From: a virus
Direction: 5' to 3' (one strand)
Virus record (IMG/VR): IMGVR_UViG_3300005098_000017
Location: 32,001 to 96,000 of that record
Length of the DNA stretch: 64,000 nucleotides
Shown here: positions 18,578 through 26,136 of the stretch, piece after piece
How the letters are laid out: the number at the start of each line of letters is the position of its first letter
Position numbering within the stretch: the first letter of the stretch is position 1
Program-made: the position numbers and the translations under genes
The notes under the pieces: model-generated
Databases searched by the model: none
Told to the model about the DNA's origin: nothing
Seen by the model: the letters and a program-made list of their open reading frames with translations, nothing else

Positions 18578-20983
18578 TTAATCAAGTTTCCAGAAGTTGA
18601 GCCAGAATTCGCGATCGGCAGTAGCAAGAGGATGAAGACCAACAGGGGTTTTGATTCCAAGAATCCGCGCGAGCTGCCAGTTGCGCTTCTTACCAGTATG
18701 CAGTTCTACAAGAAAGCGTACATGTGCTTCAAGATCAGATTCAGTACCGGCAACAATAGCCAAGAAATCGCTCTCAGCGACAGTAAGAGATTTCCAAGTG
18801 GTAAGAATCGCCTGAGGTTCAAATCTAGCAAGAAGCCTGCGGAAACGCCTGTTTAGCCTCCGGAAGTTCCTAGTAAGAAGTACACGAAGTTCAGATACTT
18901 TACTCGCAAGGAAGCGCCGACGCCTGTCGAGCTCTCTGCGCCGCCTGCCAAGGGTAGCCAGAGCATCAGAAAGGTGATCAAGCCTAGGTAGCAGCCACTT
19001 TTCCATTTTTCGCCTCAGAACTTCGTTTCTGATCCCAGATGCTAGGAACCTGACTTTAGTTTCAGGTCTCGCATTAGCGAAGAGTCTACGGCTCCGATTA
19101 ACTACCGTATCAATCGCCGTTACTTTCTCTGCAAGAGCATTCACTTCATTCTCTATCTTCCGTATTCGAGAGAGCGTCCGTCCGAACATGCGCCTCCTTA
19201 TGCGATCCCACTTGAGGAACAATGCCTTAACTTCTGGATCAATGGTGCCATCAGGAATAAGATCCTTAAGAGACCTAACCTCTGGCTCAGCAAACTCAAC
19301 TTCAGGAATAAATTCAGCAAGAGGACCTGTTGGAGTTATTGCTACTGGATCCGCCTTCGCAGTCCTATTAGCGATCATTTGAGTAACAGTATCAAGCCTG
19401 GCAGTCGTACTCGCGAGTAGATGCAGTCCCGCTTCTACCTCATGACGAAGCTCCGGTTCTTTACCATTAGCAAGATTCACTGCAGCTTGGAGTAGCGCTC
19501 CAGTTCTCGCAACAAGATCCATATTAAGTTCAGTATCAGAAAGAAGCATTCGGGTAAAACCAGCATCAGCTCTCGCAATCATTTCCTTACCCAGCTCAAT
19601 ATTTTCCACTTCGGTACTAGGATCCATTCTCCACTCTCCGAAAGATATCTCCTTTATCCGGCTTCGTACGCTATCGAAGAATTCCTTAGCAACGAGAGGT
19701 TCCTTGAAGACCTTGGATGCCGCGGCGAGAGCCACTTTGTCGCCATCGGCATCCCATCCGCTAGGCATATCTGCAGGGTGTACCAGAATCGCATGCGCAC
19801 GATGGTCAACAATAATAGGAAGGATAAGAGTATCACCAGGCAAGATGGGCGACTTCTGTATGAGTAGGAGTTCTCCATCTTTCAGACCAAGCATCCGTGC
19901 AATCACAGGAGGAATAACAGCAGTGCCGGGATGTGCATTCTGAAATCCCAGATAGAAGCCCGGGCCTAGTCTCAACTTCCGAAGTGCAATCTTTAAGTGG
20001 TCCAGAAGCACTCTCCGCAGGAAGCCTGCCTCCTTTATGAGGCCGAATTTCCGCAGAATATCAGCAGTCAGAGTCAGCACTGCACTAGGTTCATTGATCG
20101 GATCAGCGTTTTTAACAAGGATATCAGCCGCTACCTCAGGATCAGAAAAACCATTAATAGCTTCAGCAATCTGCTCCTGAATCCGTTCAACAAACTCAGG
20201 CGCTGGATTAACATTCCATCCGAGTTTCCTTGGTAGAAGGAACCAGCGCGGCAGAGCTTGGCTGAGACTGATGCCGCCCGCGAATACGGCACCAACCTCA
20301 TGCAGCATGATGGTTCGCCCGAGTTCGAGTACGAAGCGCCGCCTCTTGATGAGTTTTGCGGTGTCAGCATCAGCAACGATATCAGTCCCTGTTTCCAGCT
20401 CCGTGAGGACCTCATCTGCAAGAGCTTCATTTCCAAGATACAACATCAGCCTCTGGAACCCAACTCTGCCGGGAAGAACTGGTACCGCTATCCCTTTCAG
20501 ACCAATAGCAGTCACTTTAAATCCATTCTTCACAAGAGCACGGGTAACCTTAGAAACCTCAGCCTCTGTAGGAGCATATGCTGCTGCCACAAGTTTTGTA
20601 AACCGTTCGCTAACGAAGAAGATCCCATCCACATTCATTTTCATATTGAGCTTGAGACCACGGATGCGAAGATCCATACCAGCCACACGTTCCGGCTTGA
20701 AATCCCAGCCTTTATTCGGAATTTCCGGCGTTGTCATCATCTGGATGCGCTTTCCAGGAAGAGATCTCAGATCAAATTCAGGATCACCGAGAATATTCGC
20801 AATCACTCTATTAACAGTCTCTATAGCAGAAGTAGGAACCACCTTGAAGATCCTACAATCTGGAATCATAGTAGGCTTCATTGGAAGATCAGAGTTCAGA
20901 TCAGGATCAAATGCGAAGAAGACACTAGCACCAGCTTCAGTAAATAACGCTTGCAGAGGAGACCTCGGTATTCTTTCCATCAT
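18578..20983 (-). CDS. single-subunit two-barrel (DPBB) RNA polymerase, eukaryotic RdRP/YonO-like (start revised, 801 aa)
   Basis: motifs DGIFFVS, GLKG, KSPILPGD and SGWDADGD in the same order as cellular RdRP DGIGxIS, GYKG, KNPCLHPGD and SGxDLDGD; AAGGAGGTG RBS before 20983. Confidence 0.8.
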   Translation of the reverse strand: MMERIPRSPLQALFTEAGASVFFAFDPDLNSDLPMKPTMIPDCRIFKVVPTSAIETVNRVIANILGDPEFDLRSLPGKRIQMMTTPEIPNKGWDFKPERVAGMDLRIRGLKLNMKMNVDGIFFVSERFTKLVAAAYAPTEAEVSKVTRALVKNGFKVTAIGLKGIAVPVLPGRVGFQRLMLYLGNEALADEVLTELETGTDIVADADTAKLIKRRRFVLELGRTIMLHEVGAVFAGGISLSQALPRWFLLPRKLGWNVNPAPEFVERIQEQIAEAINGFSDPEVAADILVKNADPINEPSAVLTLTADILRKFGLIKEAGFLRRVLLDHLKIALRKLRLGPGFYLGFQNAHPGTAVIPPVIARMLGLKDGELLLIQKSPILPGDTLILPIIVDHRAHAILVHPADMPSGWDADGDKVALAAASKVFKEPLVAKEFFDSVRSRIKEISFGEWRMDPSTEVENIELGKEMIARADAGFTRMLLSDTELNMDLVARTGALLQAAVNLANGKEPELRHEVEAGLHLLASTTARLDTVTQMIANRTAKADPVAITPTGPLAEFIPEVEFAEPEVRSLKDLIPDGTIDPEVKALFLKWDRIRRRMFGRTLSRIRKIENEVNALAEKVTAIDTVVNRSRRLFANARPETKVRFLASGIRNEVLRRKMEKWLLPRLDHLSDALATLGRRRRELDRRRRFLASKVSELRVLLTRNFRRLNRRFRRLLARFEPQAILTTWKSLTVAESDFLAIVAGTESDLEAHVRFLVELHTGKKRNWQLARILGIKTPVGLHPLATADREFWLNFWKLD

Positions 20984-21039
20984 ATCACCTCCTTTCCGCC
21001 GCGGATTTCGTTGCCCTCGGTGCGGCACTCCGAGGGTCG

Positions 21040-21124
21040 CCGGGCTTCGAGCGTCATTGGTGCCAAGGCTGGCCATAGAATGAAGCCCGGAAATTCTATG
21101 GCCATGGCCGGGCGCCTTGACACC
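21040..21124 (-). ncRNA. elaborated 5'-UTR pseudoknot PK5 (polymerase leader)
   Basis: stems GGUGUCAAGGC/GCCUUGGCACC and UGGCCAUAGAAU/AUUCUAUGGCCA; loop CCGGGCUUC pairs with GAAGCCCGG. Confidence 0.65.
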
Positions 21125-21155
21125 TCTGCTCTTTCGCGCATTTTATTTAACCTTA

Positions 21156-21596
21156 TTATCGATTAAATTCTCCATCCAATACAGCAAGCAGTAATCTTTG
21201 GAGTCTTCTTGGATCGGGTAAACCATATGCAATTCCATAGATTGGGGACCATGAATCCACATTCACCCTAACTGTTGTTCCCAAAATTTTGAATTCGAAA
21301 GCATAATCATCGATAGTATAGCTACCCTCCATTACCGATTGGAAAATGAGTGCGTCTACTAGATCCTCACAAGCCCACTCCGGATGTTGCTCAAGAATAA
21401 CTCTCTGGATCTCTAAAGTATCACACCAACCCACAATAACTCTACGTTCATCATCCATAACGTACCCCGACCGCAGATGCAAATTGTACCATTTCTCACC
21501 CACCTTGGCAGTTACCCAAGGCGGTGAGAAGTAGTAGTCGCCGACTTTAACTTTGTCGGCGATCCAGTCACCGATTACGTCCCACAACCATGACAT
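21156..21596 (-). CDS. hypothetical protein
   Basis: AAGGAGGTG RBS just after ribozyme B. Confidence 0.75.
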   Translation of the reverse strand: MSWLWDVIGDWIADKVKVGDYYFSPPWVTAKVGEKWYNLHLRSGYVMDDERRVIVGWCDTLEIQRVILEQHPEWACEDLVDALIFQSVMEGSYTIDDYAFEFKILGTTVRVNVDSWSPIYGIAYGLPDPRRLQRLLLAVLDGEFNR

Positions 21597-21627
21597 TTTA
21601 CACCTCCTTTAGTTTGACTTTCTTCTC

Positions 21628-21699
21628 GAGGGACTCTTAGATCCCGCATAAGCGGGAAGCCCCGGCGCCACGACAAGGCGGTCCCTCAAAAAGCCGGGG
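21628..21699 (-). ncRNA. HDV/CPEB3-like ribozyme fold, copy B
   Basis: P1 CCCCGGC/GCCGGGG, P2 GAGGGAC/GUCCCUC, L3 UUGUCGU, P4 UCCCGC/GCGGGA, UCUAA; begins immediately after the stop codon of 21700-22170. Confidence 0.8.
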
Positions 21700-22170
21700 T
21701 TAACTCAATTTGACATCATTATTATCCTTCTCTTTCTTTATCCACTCTATCAATTCATCCACTAGGCGCTCCACATTATAATCATCAATAATAAGAAGCG
21801 CCCTCCTGACCTTGTAGCCGAGCACCTCATGCGCTTTTAGCACATGCCTCGGCATCCAAGGCCAGGTCTCATTGTATCCCCCATTATATTTGATTTGGAG
21901 AAGGATTACCTCCTTCTTATGGGGGATACCAATGCTGACGTCGATTTTAAATACGACGTCAGCTTTACTCCCGACAGGATAGTCTATTAATTTCCATCCC
22001 GCCGGAAGCTTGGAGGATAGTTCTTCAATGAATCTATCCTCCGCTTCGAAGCCAGCTCTATGCGCCTCATGTGCGATAGAGCTAACCTCGAAATCCGGGC
22101 GGATTATTTCATGACATTCCGCCCAGAATTTTCGCGCTATAGTGCGGGCCTTCTCCATTTCATTTCTCAT
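21700..22170 (-). CDS. possible PD-(D/E)XK nuclease-fold protein
   Basis: GFEAEDRF...D...IDV...LQIK spacing. Confidence 0.4.
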   Translation of the reverse strand: MRNEMEKARTIARKFWAECHEIIRPDFEVSSIAHEAHRAGFEAEDRFIEELSSKLPAGWKLIDYPVGSKADVVFKIDVSIGIPHKKEVILLQIKYNGGYNETWPWMPRHVLKAHEVLGYKVRRALLIIDDYNVERLVDELIEWIKKEKDNNDVKLS

Positions 22171-22233
22171 TTATTACTCCTCCATATGCATTCCGCCAAG
22201 GAAGTGACAAGTCCCCAAGGTCTTCTACCGTTG

Positions 22234-23070
22234 TCATAATATCACCTCCCTTACTTTGATAACAGGGTTAACCCAATCAACAAAATGATAGATTTTGTTT
22301 ATACGAGGGGGACAACCTTGGTCTCCCTTTATTTCGATATCATTATGATCAGCTATCCATACCTCATGAAACTGATTAAACAGTTTCTTAAATATAGGCG
22401 CCGCCTCCATCTCATATCCCGGCTTAACCTCTATATTATTCGCCAGAAGAACATTATCGTTACCGGTCACCGCTACCATAAGCGCACGAATCTTATTGTT
22501 TTCCACATCTTCCATCACATATGTGATGGCATCACCAAACGTCATGGTGTGCCATCCGTCATGGAAGATGTGTGCGCAGCAATGTACATGGAACCCTAAG
22601 AACGGAAATCTTGGATCTTTACGCGATAGTGGACGAAGTAACCAGCGTTCCGTTCTAATTACAGGTAAATCTGTTATGTCCACAGCCGGTAATGAGATCC
22701 ATTCCCGAAATAATTTCTGAATTTTACCACTATGAAGGTCTATTTTTGTATACCTTGGATGCCACCGCCAAAATTCTTTCCAAAATTCGCGGTGGCCATA
22801 TCGTCTAGCCCAAGATGTCACCAAGTTTTCCCTCGGTGACATCCTCTCATCGAGGCCTGTTTCATTAGCGGCCTCAATGAGATGGGGGCTTAGTGGCCCC
22901 CTAAACTTAAAGATATACCCTGCAAATTCTGGCCGCAAAAGTGGCGTTAGAAGCCACAAGGCATCGCGGCCGATTTTATTTAAATTATCACGGCCGTATG
23001 CCCTTATGGCTATCTCGATAAGAGGTTGCAATGTCTTATTCTTCATCAAGCCTTCCAAATATGCATTCAT
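22234..23070 (-). CDS. hypothetical protein (LG..CC..NNIE motif, PcfJ-like by weak resemblance)
   Basis: AAGGAGG RBS; family call from recalled motif only. Confidence 0.55.
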   Translation of the reverse strand: MNAYLEGLMKNKTLQPLIEIAIRAYGRDNLNKIGRDALWLLTPLLRPEFAGYIFKFRGPLSPHLIEAANETGLDERMSPRENLVTSWARRYGHREFWKEFWRWHPRYTKIDLHSGKIQKLFREWISLPAVDITDLPVIRTERWLLRPLSRKDPRFPFLGFHVHCCAHIFHDGWHTMTFGDAITYVMEDVENNKIRALMVAVTGNDNVLLANNIEVKPGYEMEAAPIFKKLFNQFHEVWIADHNDIEIKGDQGCPPRINKIYHFVDWVNPVIKVREVIL

Positions 23071-23107
23071 TTTTACCTCCTTTATTTTTATACATATTCT
23101 CCATTTT

Positions 23108-23166
23108 TGCCCGCATTAGTTTACCAAGGGCACCATCTGACCTGCGGGCATTGATCAGATGGCGCC
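23108..23166 (-). ncRNA. 5'-UTR H-type pseudoknot PK6
   Basis: 14-bp stem GGCGCCAUCUGAUC/GGUCAGAUGGUGCC; loop AAUGCCCGCA pairs with UGCGGGCA. Confidence 0.7.
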
Positions 23167-23232
23167 TATATACAAAATGGGCACCGTATAGTCATGGTAA
23201 CAATACGGTGCCCTCACAACATCCCCTTTTAT

Positions 23233-23310
23233 TAGGGTGCTCTTAGACCCTTAGGGATTGGACCTAAGGGAGCCCCTCCACCACGTCAAGGTGGCACCCT
23301 ATCGGAGGGG
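23233..23310 (-). ncRNA. HDV/CPEB3-like ribozyme fold, copy C
   Basis: P1 CCCCUCC/GGAGGGG, P2 UAGGGUGC/GCACCCUA, P3 ACC/GGU, L3 UUGACGU, P4 CCCUUAGG/CCUAAGGG, UCUAA. Confidence 0.8.
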
Positions 23311-23363
23311 TAGCGGGGTCTTGGACCCCGCTCTTGACTCTTGAGGCCGGCCGGTTTATTTTT

Positions 23364-23570
23364 TTAATATTTCCTGTAATCATGATACAAATGGATTATA
23401 CTTTCATACCTGCCAAATATTTTGACAGGCATAGCATGCAAATCTGTTACTTTCATGCCTTCATAGAAGAATTGACCTTCTCCAAAATACTTATGGAGAA
23501 GGTCTGTTTCCTTTATAGGATGATCTAGCAAGAACAAAACTCCTTCTTTTATAAACCCAATCACCGGCAT
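23364..23570 (-). CDS. 68-aa cassette protein (start revised to MPVIGF)
   Basis: AGGAGG directly after PK7. Confidence 0.7.
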   Translation of the reverse strand: MPVIGFIKEGVLFLLDHPIKETDLLHKYFGEGQFFYEGMKVTDLHAMPVKIFGRYESIIHLYHDYRKY

Positions 23571-23582
23571 GATAAACCTCCT

Positions 23583-23643
23583 CGCCGCACCTTGGTTCAA
23601 CTCCCAGTATGCATACGGTGCGGCACTTATATGCATACTGGGA
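23583..23643 (-). ncRNA. 5'-UTR H-type pseudoknot PK7
   Basis: 15-bp stem UCCCAGUAUGCAUAU/GUAUGCAUACUGGGA; loop AAGUGCCGCACC pairs with GGUGCGGCG. Confidence 0.75.
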
Positions 23644-23659
23644 TACCGGCCGGCCTTAT

Positions 23660-23734
23660 GGACACTCTTAGACCCTTAGGGATTGGACCTAAGGGAGCCC
23701 TCCAGCCACGTCAAGGCGGTGTCCTTCTGGAGGG
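23660..23734 (-). ncRNA. HDV/CPEB3-like ribozyme fold, copy D
   Basis: P1 CCCUCCA/UGGAGGG, P2 GGACAC/GUGUCC, P3 GCC/GGC, L3 UUGACGU, same P4 as copy C, UCUAA. Confidence 0.8.
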
Positions 23735-23786
23735 TAGCAAGGCCATCATGTGAGACCTTGCTTTGGCTTGGGCGGCAAATCCTTCC

Positions 23787-23993
23787 TTAAAATTCGTAAT
23801 ACCAGACTTTTTTTCCAATTCTTTCAATATATTTGGCAAGTTTCCTTACTTTTCTAGTAGGTCTACCACCTGTGTAAGCCATACCTGATACCAAAGGCCT
23901 AAGAAGACTGACTCTGCCATCTGGAAATAATTCCCCAACAAACCTGATCAAATCCTTGCCTATCCAGAGATCAACTATAACTGTCCTTGTCAT
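23787..23993 (-). CDS. 68-aa cassette protein
   Basis: AAGGAGG directly after PK8. Confidence 0.7.
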   Translation of the reverse strand: MTRTVIVDLWIGKDLIRFVGELFPDGRVSLLRPLVSGMAYTGGRPTRKVRKLAKYIERIGKKVWYYEF

Positions 23994-24006
23994 TTTTTCC
24001 TCCTTT

Positions 24007-24067
24007 CGCCGCGGTCAGTTTTAACCACCAGTGGGCCCACACCGCGGCATTTATGGTACCCACTGGC
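24007..24067 (-). ncRNA. 5'-UTR H-type pseudoknot PK8
   Basis: stem GCCAGUGGGU/GCCCACUGGU; loop AAAUGCCGCGGU pairs with ACCGCGGCG. Confidence 0.75.
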
Positions 24068-24083
24068 TTGCCGCCCAAGCCAT

Positions 24084-24154
24084 CGGACGCTCTTAGACCT
24101 AGCCACAAGGCTAGGAGCCCCTCCACCACGTCAAGGTGGCGTCCGTCGGAGGGG
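24084..24154 (-). ncRNA. HDV/CPEB3-like ribozyme fold, copy E
   Basis: P1 CCCCUCC/GGAGGGG, P2 CGGACGC/GCGUCCG, P3 ACC/GGU, L3 UUGACGU, P4 CCUAGCC/GGCUAGG, UCUAA. Confidence 0.8.
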
Positions 24155-24207
24155 TAGCAAGACCCCAAGGGGCCTTGCCTCGTCTACGGGGGCGCCAATA
24201 GACCGTA

Positions 24208-24492
24208 TCAATAAACATCAACTAAGCACTTGATATACGGCCTGATTAAATACACATAATCTCCAATCCTCTTTATATTGTGGCTCGAAACAAGTTGCGA
24301 TTTAACACATACTTTCGCATGACTCGGAACTCTTATAACGTACCCAAAGTATAATCTTTGGCCAAGGAGGATCAAATCCTCCTTGTCCAAAACGATGACC
24401 CTGTGTGTGTAACCTTCATAGCGATCATCAGGGTATATTACTGCTGCAAATTCTTGCTCATGTATTCTCACATCTTCAATCCACACTATCAT
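24208..24492 (-). CDS. 94-aa cassette protein
   Basis: AAGGAGG directly after PK9. Confidence 0.7.
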   Translation of the reverse strand: MIVWIEDVRIHEQEFAAVIYPDDRYEGYTHRVIVLDKEDLILLGQRLYFGYVIRVPSHAKVCVKSQLVSSHNIKRIGDYVYLIRPYIKCLVDVY

Positions 24493-24507
24493 TTTATCCT
24501 CCTTTTT

Positions 24508-24568
24508 CGCCGCGCCTTGGTTCTACGCCCAGCATGTACGCGGCGCGGCATTTACGCACATGCTGGGC
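24508..24568 (-). ncRNA. 5'-UTR H-type pseudoknot PK9
   Basis: 15-bp stem GCCCAGCAUGUGCGU/GCGUACAUGCUGGGC; loop AAAUGCCGCGCC pairs with GGCGCGGCG. Confidence 0.75.
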
Positions 24569-24686
24569 TGGCGCCCCCGCAATCCCCTATTAGCCGAGGA
24601 AGCAAATCAAAAATCAAGGGGGCAGGGGGGTCGAAATACAATCCGACCCCCTCAAAATCCACAATAGAGACCTCCTGAATTTTTTG

Positions 24687-24720
24687 CCGGTTTTTTGACC
24701 CTTATAGGCCTACGATTGAC
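24687..24720 (-). promoter_or_regulatory. two variant GTCAAW motifs heading the cassette array
   Basis: GTCAATCGTAGG and GTCAAAAAACCGG. Confidence 0.35.
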
Positions 24721-24743
24721 TCCATCAAATGGGGAATTACCTC

Positions 24744-24771
24744 TTGACATGTGCATTCAAATATTTAATAT
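24744..24771 (+). promoter_or_regulatory. sigma70-type promoter
   Basis: TTGACA-N16-TAATAT. Confidence 0.5.
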
Positions 24772-24810
24772 TTAGTATGTAGGTATTAAATTATAACAAG
24801 GAGGTTGGAT

Positions 24811-24969
24811 ATGTTGGTATTTAGGAGGTATACGCATCCTAGGGAGGTTCGCTGGTTGGGCTGGATAGAGACTCATGATGGTTGTTGTGTTGGGTTTATT
24901 AGGCTTGATGGTAGGGTTGTATTTGATTGGGATTCTGGGTTCTCTGGTAGTAATAGTAGTGTTAATTGA
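24811..24969 (+). CDS. 52-aa protein (not in ORF track)
   Basis: AAGGAGG RBS, MLVFRRYTHPREVRWLGWIE..., own promoter and terminator. Confidence 0.7.
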   Translation: MLVFRRYTHPREVRWLGWIETHDGCCVGFIRLDGRVVFDWDSGFSGSNSSVN

Positions 24970-24994
24970 AGCATAGGGTATATGTTGGTATGTT

Positions 24995-25024
24995 AAGCCG
25001 GCCGCTTTTGAGGCCGGTTTTTTT
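24995..25024 (+). terminator. intrinsic terminator
   Basis: GCCGGCC/GGCCGGT stem plus T-run. Confidence 0.7.
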
Positions 25025-25569
25025 ATTTTCTCTTATAAGTACTATCTAAGTAACTATGTGATCAGTCTACTGACACATGGCAGACTTGGGGTTAGTGAAA
25101 AATGGACCTCTTGTAGCTTGTTTGTGACTATGTGGGTTGGTGGAACATTCTCATCCGTATGCACCATGGTTAGCGAAAGTGTTAAGGTTGGTGCATGTGA
25201 TTGAGAGTGTTGTTGGTAGGTATTAGTCCGTTGATATATAATATAATGGGTAGCCCATGGGAAATATATCTTAACTGTGGGCTGCCTTTATGACAATTTG
25301 GACACCAGTGGGCTGCCCTTTTTTAAGTGTGTGGGCTAACCGTAAGGCTTCCTGTTTCAGCGAGGGGTGGCTAGGCTTGTGTGAAGCCCCGCCAGAGCCC
25401 TCTCCGCAGGCGTAAGTTCGGGCCGCCCCGGCCCTACCACCCGTGAGGTGGGTGAGCCCGTTTTATCTGTTTTAATACTCATATTCCTTAACATGGCAAG
25501 CAAGATCTTTGACTTATTTAGTGACTTGATCGATTTACTTGTCTGTCCCTTATTATCCACATTAACTTA

Positions 25570-25722
25570 TTAATCCTCTCTCAGAGATAAGAGGATAGAT
25601 CCCAACAACACTCCTGCGATACCACATAGGGCAACAAACCAGTTATTTACCTGGCAAGCGGTTATCGAGCTTATAATCCCAGAAGCATACATCATATAAC
25701 CAATGAATCTACCTTTGTTCAT
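25570..25722 (-). CDS. 50-aa membrane peptide (not in ORF track)
   Basis: GGAGG RBS, two hydrophobic segments. Confidence 0.55.
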   Translation of the reverse strand: MNKGRFIGYMMYASGIISSITACQVNNWFVALCGIAGVLLGSILLSLRED

Positions 25723-25905
25723 AGGTTACCTCCCCATATTAATTCTTTAAAGCTTTAATCTTTTCACTTTATACATTCTTTAAAGCCTTTTGAATGGGTT
25801 TTGACCAACGCCCTACCCAATTTCAAAGAGCATAGTATTATCAATAGCCTGATAAAATACTGGTATTGAAAGATGCCCTATACCCGTACTTCCAAATCTA
25901 CATGA

Positions 25906-26136
25906 TTATGTGTCGTTGCTATAGGCATCATTATTATTGTGATTAATAGGTTTGATGCCTAGTGTCCACTGGGCACCGCATTCACATATTAGTGTCATCC
26001 TTTTATACCCTTGCGTATCGGATGCTGTGAATACGATGGACACCGATTGGCCGTCTTTTAGGTTCCATCCTTCTATTATGTTTGTTTTACCGCATACGGG
26101 GCATGTGAAGAAGCCCGCCCATTTTTGTTCCTTCAT
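25906..26136 (-). CDS. Zn-ribbon protein
   Basis: CPVC...CEC, AAGGAG RBS. Confidence 0.65.
   Translation of the reverse strand: MKEQKWAGFFTCPVCGKTNIIEGWNLKDGQSVSIVFTASDTQGYKRMTLICECGAQWTLGIKPINHNNNDAYSNDT

Noticed and set aside
20984-21076. N-terminal extension of the 832-aa ORF
   Set aside because: Overlaps the structured leader; the strong RBS is at the 20983 start
20258-21083. Long + strand ORFs (229 and 270 aa)
   Set aside because: Antisense shadows of the polymerase gene with no RBS or motifs
23971-24168. 65-aa minus-strand ORF, and the 5' extension of 23364-23636
   Set aside because: They coincide with ribozyme E, PK8 and PK7 and lack an RBS
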